Shown: positions 1-9,497, counted from the stretch's first letter. The stretch is 32,000 nucleotides of DNA from Okeania sp. (GCF_035285525.1 NZ_JAYKGW010000006.1:1-32000), one strand, 5' to 3'. Made by a program: numbers and translations. The notes: a model not told the origin generated them from the sequence alone.

Positions 1-112
1 GTAAGGGGGGAGTTAAGAAAAAATCCCCCTTTGTAAGGGGGGAGTTAAGAAAAAATCCCCCTTTGTAAGGGGGGAGTTAAGAAAAAATCCCCCTTTGTAA
101 GGGGGGGGGAGA
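1..112. repeat. 32-bp tandem repeat (3 full units plus a partial one), truncated by the window edge
   Basis: Unit gtaaggggggagttaagaaaaaatcccccttt starts at 1, 33 and 65, with a partial copy at 97. Each unit has a G-run/C-run inverted repeat. It is followed at 123-157 by the end motif AAGGGGGATTTAGGGGGAT, also seen at 3190-3210. Confidence 0.85.
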
Positions 113-229
113 ATGTTCAAAGTCCCCTTTTCAAAGGGGGATTTAGGGGGATTCTAAATCTTGTAGAAACTAATATAGATAACGGAAACAATAACCAGTT
201 TCAAGAAAAAATTAACAAATTAAAGATCT

Positions 230-1225
230 ATGCAAGAAGTTATTTCTCATCGTCTTCCACGACATCACGATAATATCCTCCAAGTAATTAAAAGCTATTA
301 TCAACTGACAAAACCCCGGATTATTCTACTGCTCTTAATAACAACCGCAGCGGGAATGTGGTTGGGAGCAAAAGGGGAAGTTTCTCCCTTGCTTTTGTTC
401 GTGACATTAATCGGTGGTACATTAGCTTCTGGTGCTGCTAATGCAATCAACTGTATTTATGACAGCGATATTGACTACATTATGGAACGTACTCGCTGGC
501 GTCCCATTCCTTCCGGGAGAGTTCAACCCCGTCATGCTCTGATTTTTGCTTTGACTTTGGCAGCGATATCTTTTACTTTGCTGACTGTTTTTGCCAATTT
601 ATTAGCTGCACTGTTGGCAATGTCGGGAATAGTTTTTTATGTTGCTATTTATACTCACTGGTTAAAACGTAACAGTGTCCAAAATATTGTCATCGGTGGT
701 GCTGCTGGTGCTATTCCTCCATTGGTAGGTTGGGCAGCGGTTACAGGGGAGTTGAATTGGGCAGCTTGGTTACTGTTTGCTATTATTTTTATCTGGACTC
801 CTCCTCATTTTTGGGCGTTGGCAATTTATATTCGTGATGAATATCAGGAAGTTGGAGTGCCGATGTTACCTGTGATTGAGGGAAATGAAGAAACAGCTAA
901 ACAGATTTGGGTTTACACTCTAATTTTGATTCCGATGACGCTTTTGTTAGTTTATCCGTTGCACGCGAGTGGAATGCTTTATGGAGTATTGGCGACTTAC
1001 CTGGGAGCGATTTTTATTCAGAAAGCTTGGCAGTTGTTGCATGAACCTGATAATAAAGATGTGGCGCGATCGCTATTTAAGTATTCTATTTATTACATGA
1101 TGTTATTGTGTTTGGTAATGGTGATTGATAGTTTACCTTTTACTAACAGTATTATTACTGCTGTAGGAAATAGTTTACATACCTGGGTTGGAAGTGCGAT
1201 CGCAATGTTTTTTAGTTGTAATTAA
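230..1225 (+). CDS. ctaB: Protoheme IX farnesyltransferase (heme O synthase), UbiA prenyltransferase family
   Basis: 331-aa multi-TM ORF. It has the N-terminal YYQLTKPRI and the Asp-rich prenyltransferase motif [30 protein letters not shown] at 230. Confidence 0.9.
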   Translation: MQEVISHRLPRHHDNILQVIKSYYQLTKPRIILLLLITTAAGMWLGAKGEVSPLLLFVTLIGGTLASGAANAINCIYDSDIDYIMERTRWRPIPSGRVQPRHALIFALTLAAISFTLLTVFANLLAALLAMSGIVFYVAIYTHWLKRNSVQNIVIGGAAGAIPPLVGWAAVTGELNWAAWLLFAIIFIWTPPHFWALAIYIRDEYQEVGVPMLPVIEGNEETAKQIWVYTLILIPMTLLLVYPLHASGMLYGVLATYLGAIFIQKAWQLLHEPDNKDVARSLFKYSIYYMMLLCLVMVIDSLPFTNSIITAVGNSLHTWVGSAIAMFFSCN

Positions 1226-1241
1226 ACATAAATAGCACTTA

Positions 1242-1333
1242 CAGGACTTACACGGGAGGTACTATATATGGAGTAAAAAAACTATTCCTCCATAGTTTAA
1301 AGCACTATATCTAGCCTAGCTGCGTAAGTCCTG
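1242..1333. mobile_element. Hairpin MITE with CAGGACTTAC...GTAAGTCCTG inverted ends
   Basis: Ends caggacttacac / tgcgtaagtcctg. Same family at 5297-5389, 9390-9481, 25731-25842, 26838-26935 and 31749-31840. Inserted just after the ctaB stop. Confidence 0.6.
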
Positions 1334-1457
1334 ACTTACACATAAATGCTATTGGTCGGGTGTGTTTTGCTAAAGCAAAGCTCCACTAACGCTACGCGAC
1401 ATATTTGCGGAGCATTCCGGAACGGAAAAAGTGCCACCGTAACGCACCCAGATTATA

Positions 1458-1629
1458 TATAGAACCCCTAACCGGATCTATTTTTTTAATAGATGGGGAG
1501 GGTGGGAAGTGTGGGGAGCTAGAGGCATTTTTCTACTTTTTTTCCCTATATTATTTCTCTGACTTCTGACTCCTGACTCCTGTACCAAAAACCCCTAATG
1601 CGTGCAAAGATACACTTAGGGGTTCTATA
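1458..1629. mobile_element. MITE with TATAGAACCCCTAA / TTAGGGGTTCTATA inverted ends carrying an internal STRR tract
   Basis: Perfect 14-nt terminal inverted repeat. Internal ggggagggtgggaagtgtggggag tract and ctgactcctgactcctg. A second full copy is at 26301-26459 and a related copy at 17761-17997. Confidence 0.6.
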
Positions 1630-1680
1630 ATAGTGCTTTTGCGTAACCCCTGATAAATTTCAAAATTAAATCATAATTTC

Positions 1681-1705
1681 AGGTAGGTATTTTGCCTGCC
1701 TTTTT
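1681..1705 (+). terminator. Rho-independent terminator-like hairpin downstream of ctaB
   Basis: aggtaggtattttgcctgccttttt has a 7-bp stem (one G-U pair), a 7-nt loop and a T-run. The same hairpin recurs at 3482-3508, 4622-4650, 5521-5545, 14470-14495 and, degenerate, at 15941-15965. Confidence 0.5.
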
Positions 1706-1832
1706 ATTTGGCAATTTCTAGCTTGACAAATACCAAAAATTAGGTTAATTATTGTATTGAAAAATTAAGCAAGTTTGTATATAAGCGCTGATAGCTTATG
1801 GCTGACGGCTGAATGCTTACCTAATAACTATA

Positions 1833-2867
1833 ATGACTTTATCGACTATCATCAACATTGCAATTACTCTCACTTTTATTTATTTGGCTTCAAGTTTTAT
1901 AATTCTTGTAATTCAGGAAAGAATATTCTTTAACTTAAAAGCTAAGAAATTAAAAGAATTTATTTATGTCTTGTTCGGGGAAGAACAAAAAAAAGGGGAA
2001 TCCTACGATAGTTTTTCTCTGACAGAAATATTTTTTGACAGATATTTAATTTTGCCTATTAATTCATCTCAATCATTACAGGAAGAACAAAAAAAAGGAG
2101 AAAAATCGGAGGCAGAAAAATTATCAAAATCTAGGGAAATAGAATTAATACCTGCTCAAGAATTTATTGCTAATTTAATTACTCTGGTAGCAGAAAAATT
2201 AAATTATGAAGATGGAGATTTCTATAATAAATATGAATTAACCAAAATCATGGCAGATATTAATAAGAGTGATTGTTTTTCTGAAAAAATAAAACGAGAG
2301 TTTTCTGCCATGGCACGAACAGCTATGAATAGATTTTCAGATCAAGAAGAACAACTTAAATATTTAGAGCAACAACTTCAATCTTGGTATAATAGGTCAA
2401 TAGAATATGTTTTAGAAATTTACGATAGAGAGAGCAAAAATATTGCTATTATATTATCTGTAATAATTGTTTTGATGTTCAATATTGATACAGTAAATAT
2501 TATTGATAATCTATCAAAAAGCGAAATTGCCTCAAATCTAAGCAATAAAATAACAGAAGTAATAGTCTCAAACTATGAATCAAATTTATGTTCTGAGTTC
2601 AATAGTGAAACGGAATTTGAAAATTGTCTTCAAGACCAATTAATGACTACTTTTAAAGCTTTAGATAAAATTGATAATTTGCCTATTGGATGGAATTTTT
2701 CAGAACCATTAAAAGAACAGTTGATACCGTTGAATTTTCCTAATATTATTAAAGCTGTTACAGGATGGATTATAAGTATTATTGCTATTTCTCAGGGAGC
2801 GCCTTTTTGGTTTGGTATTCTGAATAATTTACTTAATTTTAAATCAAATAGAGCAGCAAAAAGTTAA
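1833..2867 (+). CDS. Conserved hypothetical membrane protein (N-terminal TM, coiled-coil middle, two C-terminal TM segments, GAPFWF motif)
   Basis: 344-aa ORF with ATG start. Hydrophobic segments IINIAITLTFIYLASSFIILVI, IAIILSVIIVLMF and GWIISIIAISQGAPFWFGIL. No recognisable catalytic motif. Confidence 0.65.
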   Translation: MTLSTIINIAITLTFIYLASSFIILVIQERIFFNLKAKKLKEFIYVLFGEEQKKGESYDSFSLTEIFFDRYLILPINSSQSLQEEQKKGEKSEAEKLSKSREIELIPAQEFIANLITLVAEKLNYEDGDFYNKYELTKIMADINKSDCFSEKIKREFSAMARTAMNRFSDQEEQLKYLEQQLQSWYNRSIEYVLEIYDRESKNIAIILSVIIVLMFNIDTVNIIDNLSKSEIASNLSNKITEVIVSNYESNLCSEFNSETEFENCLQDQLMTTFKALDKIDNLPIGWNFSEPLKEQLIPLNFPNIIKAVTGWIISIIAISQGAPFWFGILNNLLNFKSNRAAKS

Positions 2868-2916
2868 TGGATAATGGATATAGCATGTCCCTTTTCTTGT
2901 GAGGTACAGTTCTGGA

Positions 2917-3210
2917 GATCCCCCCTAACTTCCCTTGAGAAGCTATCCATTACTCACAACTCTTGAAACCCTTGTGGAGAGGGTGGGGAGGGTGGGGGGT
3001 GTGGGGGGTGTGGGAAGTAAGAATTTTGTCTACTGTTCTCACTAAGCGCGTGTATTTTTCAATACACTTTTCTAGAAAAAAAGCCTCTCTGAGACATAAA
3101 CACAACTTGTCTATTTTGTCAAACTTTATGTTAAGAAATATGTGAGTAAGGCATAGCTTGAGAAGGGGGGAACTGGAAGTACCCCTTGAGAAGGGGGATT
3201 TAGGGGGATC
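2917..3210. mobile_element. MITE-like element with GATCCCCCCTAA...TTAGGGGGATC ends and an internal STRR tract
   Basis: Left end is gatcccccctaacttcccttgagaagctat. Right end is cttgagaagggggatttagggggatc. Internal tract gagggtggggagggtggggggtgtggggggtgtgggaag (2975-3015). This explains the spurious ORF 2963-3145. Confidence 0.5.
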
Positions 3211-3323
3211 ATAAATTTACTTCATAACTGTAAGAATTGCTTGAATCATTACTTCTAGTTAAAACCGAGAAGTAAGAATATCTAAGATGACATTACTATC
3301 GACTATAATTTTACTCATAATAG

Positions 3324-3508
3324 TTGATAAAAATTATACAGCAGTCTCACTACTCCTACTTCCTAAATTCTGGACTATCCAAAAGTTGCTTAAAAAACCC
3401 TTCTAAGAAAAAAGATGTGGCGCGATCGCTATTTTATCTTAGTTACTATTCGACAATAGTTAGACAATATAATTTTGTTTCAGGTAGGCATTTTGTCTAC
3501 CTCTTTTA
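3324..3508 (+). repeat. ctaB-tail/terminator cassette, copy B (direct repeat of 4465-4650)
   Basis: Starts ttgataaaaattatacagcagt. Contains aaagatgtggcgcgatcgctattt, identical to ctaB 1056-1079, and ends in the aggtagg...cctacct terminator hairpin. Confidence 0.6.
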
Positions 3509-3838
3509 ATATATAACTAAAACTGAATTACTAGCATCTTGACTCAAGGCTATGATATCATCATACCTAGAACGTAAAAGTATCTCAATTTGAGATGTTT
3601 TGCAATTTCCCACCCTAATCCAGATTAACTTAGGTGGAAAACCAAGCAAAATTACCAAATCATAAAAATCAGTATCTTTAGTGACAATAATATATTGATT
3701 ATCACGAGCATATTCCCAGACATCTCGATCGCTAGCTTGATCTAATCCTAAAAAATAAAGATGACTAGAATGTGGATAAATATCAGCTAAACGCGAAACT
3801 AAACGAGGGGATAAATTATGGTCAAATAAAAGTTTCAT
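3506..3838 (-). CDS. DUF5615-family PIN-like putative toxin
   Basis: 110 aa: MKLLFDHNLSPRLV...DRDVWEYARDNQYIIVTKDTDF, typical of DUF5615 partners of DUF433. Its ATG overlaps the upstream stop as ATGA (3835-3838). Confidence 0.75.
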   Translation of the reverse strand: MKLLFDHNLSPRLVSRLADIYPHSSHLYFLGLDQASDRDVWEYARDNQYIIVTKDTDFYDLVILLGFPPKLIWIRVGNCKTSQIEILLRSRYDDIIALSQDASNSVLVIY

Positions 3839-4059
3839 TTGTTTACTATTAAAGTTTGTTGTTCCCGTTCAGCAGCATAGCTAAGACAAGCTAAAATATC
3901 CTGTTTTGTTAAATAAGGAAAATCTTCTAATAATTCTTCATAAGTCATCCCCGCAGCTAGATAGGAAAGTACGTCGTAGACAGTTATTCTCATACCTCGA
4001 ATACAAGGTTTTCCACTCCGTTTTCCTGGCTCGATAGTAATAATATTTTGTTCTGACAT
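3835..4059 (-). CDS. DUF433-family putative antitoxin
   Basis: 74 aa with the signature GKPCIRGMRITVYDVLSYLAAGMTYEELLEDFPYLTKQDILACLSYA. Translationally coupled to 3506-3838. Confidence 0.8.
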   Translation of the reverse strand: MSEQNIITIEPGKRSGKPCIRGMRITVYDVLSYLAAGMTYEELLEDFPYLTKQDILACLSYAAEREQQTLIVNK

Positions 4060-4278
4060 ATTTAATTGATAGATTTGGTTAATTAAATTATTATTGTATT
4101 TCTTAATTATTTCATATTAGGGAGCATTATTCGACATTTATTCACTCCACTAGAATTTCACTCATATATATTTTCACGAGTTAGTTGCATAATTTCATTA
4201 GTCGTCAGATGGTTGGTTGCTTTGCCACTAATGGCAGCAATTATTTCTTTTCCTCGATTATAGTAGTTTTCCTGCACG

Positions 4279-4427
4279 GTAAACCACAGTAGGGACGTAT
4301 GGCTGACGCCAAGCTCCGCTAACGCTGCGCGACATGTAACGCATTTTTGCCGGTGCAACGTCCCTACTACAAGATGTTGGTTATGGCGACTTGGTTCATT
4401 CATTTGAAAAGTGCTGTGCTGTATAGT
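4279..4427. mobile_element. Palindrome-core MITE (AAACCACAGTAGGGACGT...ACGTCCCTAC...TTCATTCATTTGAAAAG) with a nested insert
   Basis: Same family as 5411-5495. There the core is the perfect 28-nt palindrome gtagggacgttgcatgcaacgtccctac. Here the loop holds about 57 nt of the cgctgcgcgacat repeat family. Confidence 0.5.
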
Positions 4428-4464
4428 GTCAATTTTCATAATTTTTATTGTTTGAAGTTTGACT

Positions 4465-4680
4465 TGATAAAAATTATACAGCAGTTTCAATATCCCTACT
4501 CCGTTATTCTGGACTATCGAAAAATTGGTTAAAAAACCCTTCTAATAGATAAAGATGTGGCGCGATCGCAATGTTATCTTAGTTGTAATTAAACACAAAT
4601 TAAAAAATAAAATTTTATTTTAGGTAGGTATTTTGCCTGCCTTTTTGTTTGCCAATTTATGAGTTGATATTTGTAATTAT
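4465..4680 (+). repeat. ctaB-tail/terminator/promoter cassette, copy C
   Basis: ataaagatgtggcgcgatcgc (as ctaB 1053-1073) is joined to aatgttatcttagttgtaattaaaca (as ctaB 1204-1230). It resembles ctaB with the stretch between its two HIP1 sites removed. Followed by the terminator hairpin. Confidence 0.6.
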
Positions 4681-4799
4681 AATAAGCAAAATATAAATTT
4701 TCAGCTTTATCTGCACGAAGCCCAATATTTGGCTTCCGTGAATACTCTGATATAATTGGAAATTATAGTAAAGCTAAAAGTTAAATAATTTATCTAATT

Positions 4800-5135
4800 A
4801 TGAGACAACGTAAGTTCTTTCCTGATGAACCTGTTGAGCCAAATTATTTTGTCGGCAGAAAATCTGAACTACAGACAATTTTTAATAAAGTTAATCGTCA
4901 TGGTGATGTTGCTATTTATGGCAGTTCTGGCATAGGTAAAACATCTTTGCTTAGATATATACAATCTACCAACTTTTGGAAAGAAAAAAAGTTAGATTTT
5001 TCAGAAGTTTTTATTGTTTATAAAAACTGCGACAGTTTGGTTACATCAAGCAATTTTTGGCAAGAAGTTTTAACAGACTTAAAAAATAAAGTTAAAGACG
5101 ATGAAAATTTACAGCAAAAAATTGATGAGGTATGA
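4800..5135 (+). pseudogene. N-terminal fragment (111 codons) of a T1-type P-loop NTPase
   Basis: FFPDEPVEPNYFVGRKSEL...YGSSGIGKTSLL aligns with residues 1-110 of 16400-17749. Homology stops at about 5128, before Walker B. Preceded by the extended -10 TGATATAAT (4747-4755). Confidence 0.7.
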
Positions 5136-5296
5136 GGAAACAAGGAACAGGGAAAAGGCAAGAAGAATTCATAATTTCTGGATAATAATTGATTTTAATT
5201 TTTATTTTTGGAGATGTCTATTAAAGATGAATTATAATTTTTAAACCTTGATTGGGAGCGCGATCGCAACTTTATCTTAGTTGTAATTAAACATTA

Positions 5297-5389
5297 CAGG
5301 ACTTACGCACCAACCACCATATCTAGTAGGGGCGAATGGCATTTGCCCCCTAGGGGTACCGTTTTATCTAAAGATTTGCGTAAGTCCTG
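5297..5389. mobile_element. GGACTTACGC-type hairpin MITE
   Basis: caggacttacgca ... tgcgtaagtcctg, with internal palindrome gtaggggcgaatggcatttgccccct. Confidence 0.6.
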
Positions 5390-5410
5390 ATTACAGCGGT
5401 TTTCATTTCA

Positions 5411-5495
5411 GTAAACCACAGTAGGGACGTTGCATGCAACGTCCCTACAAGATTTTGGCTATGACGATGTGGTTCATTCATTTGAAAAGCGCTGT
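5411..5495. mobile_element. Palindrome-core MITE (same family as 4279-4427)
   Basis: gtaaaccacagtagggacgttgcatgcaacgtccctacaag...ggttcattcatttgaaaagcgctgt. Confidence 0.5.
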
Positions 5496-5663
5496 AATTA
5501 AAAAATTAAATCTTAATTTTAGGTAGGCAAAATACCTACCTTTTTGTTTGGCCATCTGTTGCTTAGAAAATATTGAAAATTGTGATAACAAGATAAAATA
5601 AAATCGACATCAAACCCAAAAATGATATTATAAATTCCGAAAAAAATAATAAAAGTTTAAATA

Positions 5664-6917
5664 ATGAGTGTTTTCACGAGACTAGAATCTCAAGTTAGAA
5701 GCTATTGTCGATTGTTTCCTACAATTTTCACTAAGGCAGTAGGAGATAAATTAATTGATGAGAATGGAAACATTTACATTGACTTCTTGTCTGGTGCTGG
5801 CGCACTCAACTACGGACATAATAATCCTAAACTCAAAAAGCGTCTCCTGGAATACATTGAATCAGATGCTATTACCCACAGCCTCGATATGTTTACTTCT
5901 GCTAAACAGCAGTTCCTAGAAAAGTTTGAGGAGTTTATTCTCAAGCCACGAGAATTAGACTATAAGGTAATGTTTACAGGCCCGACAGGAACTAACTCTG
6001 CTGAAGCGGCTTTGAAATTAGCCCGTAAAGCTACTGGACGCAAAACAGTCATCTGTTTCACTAAAGGCTACCATGGACATACTTTAGGGGCACTTGCTGT
6101 TACACCTAACCCAGCCTATCAAAAGGATGTGGGTGTTAACCTTGATAATGTTTTAACTTTTCCCTTCGAGGATAAAAATGCCACCACGGACAATGGTCTC
6201 GATAAATTAGAAAAATTACTTGATGACTTAATTTCTAATCAGGACAAACCAGCAGCCATTATCTTAGAAACTGTTCAATCTGAGGGGGGAATTAATGTTG
6301 CTAGCGTTTCTTGGCTCAAACGCCTAGCCCAAATTGCTCAACAGCGAGAAATTTTACTAATTGTTGATGATATCAAAGTAGGTTGTGGTCGCACTGGTCC
6401 TTTCTTTAGTTTTGAACGGGCAGGAATTAAACCCGATATCGTTTGTCTGGCTAAATCTTTAAGTGCTTATGGAAACCCAATGGCTGTGGTACTAATTAGA
6501 CCAGATATAGACTGCTGGAAACCTGGGGAACATAGTGGTACTTTCCGTGGTAACAATCTTGCTTTTGTCACGGCTACTGCTGCTATTGAGGAGTATTGGC
6601 AAACAGATGCTTTTGCTCAAGAAATAGCAGATAAAGGTGAGGTGATGCAGAAACGACTCCAAGAAATGATCGCTAAATACCCAGAATTAGGCGGCGAACA
6701 CCGAGGATTAGGATTGATTCAAGGAATCGCTTGCCAACAAACGGGATTAGCCAAAAAAGTTAGCCAGGAAGCTTTCCAACGAGGCTTAATCTTTGAACCA
6801 ATGGGAGTTAACAAAGAAGTGATTAATCTGCAGTCTACACTTACCATTGATATTGACACCTTAAACCAAGGATTAGATATTTTAGATAAAAGTATTGCTG
6901 CAGCTATTTCAAATTGA
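5664..6917 (+). CDS. Class-III PLP aminotransferase, diaminobutyrate-2-oxoglutarate transaminase (EctB/PvdH-like), paralog 1
   Basis: 417 aa with LESQVRSYCRLFP, LNYGHNNP, GPTGTNSAEAA, DDIKVGCGRTG and LAKSLSAYG (putative PLP lysine). Paralog of 8016-9311. Confidence 0.8.
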   Translation: MSVFTRLESQVRSYCRLFPTIFTKAVGDKLIDENGNIYIDFLSGAGALNYGHNNPKLKKRLLEYIESDAITHSLDMFTSAKQQFLEKFEEFILKPRELDYKVMFTGPTGTNSAEAALKLARKATGRKTVICFTKGYHGHTLGALAVTPNPAYQKDVGVNLDNVLTFPFEDKNATTDNGLDKLEKLLDDLISNQDKPAAIILETVQSEGGINVASVSWLKRLAQIAQQREILLIVDDIKVGCGRTGPFFSFERAGIKPDIVCLAKSLSAYGNPMAVVLIRPDIDCWKPGEHSGTFRGNNLAFVTATAAIEEYWQTDAFAQEIADKGEVMQKRLQEMIAKYPELGGEHRGLGLIQGIACQQTGLAKKVSQEAFQRGLIFEPMGVNKEVINLQSTLTIDIDTLNQGLDILDKSIAAAISN

Positions 6918-6931
6918 CTCACTTAAACCTG

Positions 6932-7074
6932 TTATATCATGTCCGGATGAACAGGTATAAATAAATTAGGGAAAAGTCAGGAGTCGTAGGGGCAAACGGC
7001 CGTTTGCCCCTACAGGAATCAGCAGGGAAAAGGAGGAAGTTTTTTTGATCACTAATTATCCGCACATGATATTA
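6932..7074. mobile_element. MITE-like element filling the convergent intergenic gap
   Basis: Inverted ends ttatatcatgtccggatga (6932-6950) and ttatccgcacatgatat (7056-7072). Internal perfect palindrome gtaggggcaaacggccgtttgcccctac. The right end is the same motif as in the 18088-18705 array units. Confidence 0.55.
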
Positions 7075-8019
7075 AGTTTTTGCTACTTCTAAAAGTTCTG
7101 CCAACACTTTACCATGAAATTCCCAAGGAAAAGTCTCAATGGTAAAACCAGGCAACCCTGTATCTCCATCAATTGCTGCTTCCTCATTAACCAGAGTAGT
7201 TAAAATCTGTTTATCCATCTCTAAAGTTAATCCCTTAGTTAAGGATTCTTTCCAGTCAGGACGCAGCAAAGCTAGGGCAATCAGTAATCCCATGGCTCCC
7301 CAGTTTGAGACACCGCATATTATCGGGTAATTGCAAGGAATATTACAGGCAATTATTTCTCCACGCTTAATCGTTTTGGCGATTAGCTCTGGAGAAAGGG
7401 TTGCCATACCTAACTCATTGCCCAGATCGCCAATACCGATAGAAATAATTTCACTGAGAGTAAATAACAGATGCAAAGGAGCAGTATGAGCAGTAATATC
7501 CTTCCCACTTACATTGCGGACAGTACCATCAGCACTTGGGCCTGCTCTTTCAATGGCAATAACATGAGAGACAGGGGGAGCAGCACTTTTCCATAACTTA
7601 ATAATCTCAGCAACAGAAGCATCTTCTCTACTCACCGCATCTACAGGAACCACATCATAAGCAACATTAGGAGATATTCCGGCTGCCCTCGCTGCCGTTT
7701 CCACAGACTTCAGACATAAAGGATCTGTAACTAGACGCACCGGAATCCCTACTCTTTCCAGTCCTGCTGCTAAATGGGCGCAACCAATGGGACCATCATT
7801 TTCTGCTGCTGGAGGAGTTCCATGGGGAATAAAAAAGCCTGTCATAATGGCTACATGGGGGGATGGATGTTCGGCGATGGAACGAGCAGCACCAAGTAAT
7901 CCCCCCTTAGCAGCTTCCACAAGTGGCTGGATACCATGACCGATATCTCGTCCACAGATGTTTTCAATTTTTTCAATCTGGGTTAAGACTTCTGGAGAAT
8001 TTTCTGAAAGAATATTCAT
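7072..8019 (-). CDS. DUF4392 / D-glutamate-cyclase-like protein
   Basis: 315 aa with TGFFIPHGTPPAAENDGPIG, IERAGPSADG and GIGDLGNELGMA, recalled as DUF4392-like. Its ATG overlaps the stop of 8016-9311 as ATGA. Confidence 0.55.
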   Translation of the reverse strand: MNILSENSPEVLTQIEKIENICGRDIGHGIQPLVEAAKGGLLGAARSIAEHPSPHVAIMTGFFIPHGTPPAAENDGPIGCAHLAAGLERVGIPVRLVTDPLCLKSVETAARAAGISPNVAYDVVPVDAVSREDASVAEIIKLWKSAAPPVSHVIAIERAGPSADGTVRNVSGKDITAHTAPLHLLFTLSEIISIGIGDLGNELGMATLSPELIAKTIKRGEIIACNIPCNYPIICGVSNWGAMGLLIALALLRPDWKESLTKGLTLEMDKQILTTLVNEEAAIDGDTGLPGFTIETFPWEFHGKVLAELLEVAKT

Positions 8020-9311
8020 TTAGCTGCTGCTCCTGAAACGACTAATTTTTGAGAAGTTGTGGGCTGCATAACTTCTTGAACAGTATCTTCTAAAATAGTC
8101 AGCCCCTTATCTAATATTTCTTCGGAAACGGTTAAAGGCGGAAGACATCGAATTACTTGACCTTTGGCCCCGGCTGTTTCCATAATTAGCCCATTGGCAA
8201 AAGCTTTGCGAATAATTCGATCGGCTATATTACCATCTTGGCAGTCTAATCCCTGAATCATACCCCTACCTCTTACAGAAAAACCTGCTTCCTGATAGTT
8301 TTTGGCCATTTTTTCTAATCGGGATTTCATAATTGTTCCTTTATGTTTGACAGCAGAGGACAAACTGTCATCTTGCCAGTAGATATCCAAGGCAGCCTTA
8401 GCAGTAACAAAGGCTAAGTTAGGTCCTCTGAATGTGCCACTGTGTTGACCAGGTTTCCATCTATCTAATTCTGGTTTTATTAATACCAATGAGAAAGGCA
8501 AACCAAAACCACTCAAGGATTTGGAAAGGGTGACAATATCAGGAGAAATGCCAACTTCTTCAAAACTAAAAAAGGAACCTGTCCGTCCGCATCCCACTTG
8601 AATGTCATCAGCAATTAATAGAACATTATGTTGGCGACAGACTTTTTCCAGGGAGCGCAACCACTCGAAACTAGCCACATTAACTCCACCTGCTCCCTGA
8701 ATTGTTTCTACGATTACCGCTGCTGGCAGTGATACACCACTACCTACGTCAGAAAGCACTTTGTCCAAATACTCTGTCGTATCAATATTTGACCCCAAAT
8801 ACCCATGATATGGTATAAAGGTGACGCCAGTGGTAGAGATTCCGGCTGCTGCTCGCTGGGAAGCTTTGGCTGTTGTTGCTAAAGAACCCAGAGTTACGCC
8901 ATGATAGCCATTGGAAAAGGCAATCACCGTTTCCTGTCCAGTTATCTGACGAGCTAATTTGAGAGAAGCTTCTACAGCATTAGTTCCTGTAGGTCCGGGA
9001 AACTGAATTTTGTAATTTAATTCCCTAGGTTTGAGGATAATCTCTGCAAATGCTTGGATAAATTCTTCTTTGGCCACGGTGGCTAGATCGAGTCCGTGTA
9101 TTATACCATCAGACGCTAAATAATCTAATAGTCTTTGTTTAATTTGTGGGTTATTATGTCCATAATTAAGAGTCCCCACACCACAGAGAAAGTCAAGGTA
9201 CTGACGACCTTCTCGATCTTTGATAAATGCTCCTTGTGCTGTCTTAAATACCGTGGGAAATAAACGGCAGTAACTTCGCACATTGGATTCTAATTGATTG
9301 AAAATTTCCAT
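8016..9311 (-). CDS. Class-III PLP aminotransferase, diaminobutyrate-2-oxoglutarate transaminase-like, paralog 2
   Basis: 431 aa with LESNVRSYCRLFP, LNYGHNNP, GPTGTNAVEAS, DDIQVGCGRTG and LSKSLSGFG. More than half of the N-terminal residues are identical to paralog 1 by eye. Confidence 0.8.
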   Translation of the reverse strand: MEIFNQLESNVRSYCRLFPTVFKTAQGAFIKDREGRQYLDFLCGVGTLNYGHNNPQIKQRLLDYLASDGIIHGLDLATVAKEEFIQAFAEIILKPRELNYKIQFPGPTGTNAVEASLKLARQITGQETVIAFSNGYHGVTLGSLATTAKASQRAAAGISTTGVTFIPYHGYLGSNIDTTEYLDKVLSDVGSGVSLPAAVIVETIQGAGGVNVASFEWLRSLEKVCRQHNVLLIADDIQVGCGRTGSFFSFEEVGISPDIVTLSKSLSGFGLPFSLVLIKPELDRWKPGQHSGTFRGPNLAFVTAKAALDIYWQDDSLSSAVKHKGTIMKSRLEKMAKNYQEAGFSVRGRGMIQGLDCQDGNIADRIIRKAFANGLIMETAGAKGQVIRCLPPLTVSEEILDKGLTILEDTVQEVMQPTTSQKLVVSGAAAK

Positions 9312-9389
9312 AAGATTATAATTGTTTTTTTATGGCATCTTGTCCTCAAAATGCCCAAAGCATCTGTTATATCAATAAAATTTGCAATT

Positions 9390-9481
9390 AGGACTTACGC
9401 CAAGGTATCATATATATATTTAAAAAACTACCAGTGCAATAGTTTTGAATGCTATATACATATGGTCTCTGCGTAAGTCCT
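9390..9481. mobile_element. GGACTTACGC-type hairpin MITE between the TauD-like gene and aminotransferase 2
   Basis: aggacttacgcc ... ctgcgtaagtcct. Interior is related to the 31749-31840 copy (aaaaaactaccagtgcaatagttttgaatgctatata). Confidence 0.6.
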
Positions 9482-9497
9482 AGCAATCTAGAATCAT

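Larger units (their letters stand above)
5243..5580 (+). repeat. ctaB-tail/terminator cassette copy, split by two MITEs
   Basis: 5243-5293 (aaaccttgattgggagcgcgatcgcaactttatcttagttgtaattaaaca) resembles ctaB 1180-1230. It resumes at about 5494 with aaaaaattaaatcttaattttaggtaggcaaaatacctaccttttt. Confidence 0.5.

Noticed and set aside
2963-3145. 60-aa ORF (MKPLWRGWGGWGVWGVWE...)
   Set aside because: It is a read-through of the G-rich STRR tract within the element at 2917-3210.
3324-4532. ORFs 3324-3509 (+), 4158-4490 (-) and 4347-4532 (+)
   Set aside because: All run through the ctaB-tail cassettes or the palindrome-core MITE at 4279-4427. The DVARS peptide in 3324-3509 is just the copied ctaB fragment. 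Only the last 35 or so codons of 4158-4490 are unique sequence, which is too little to call.
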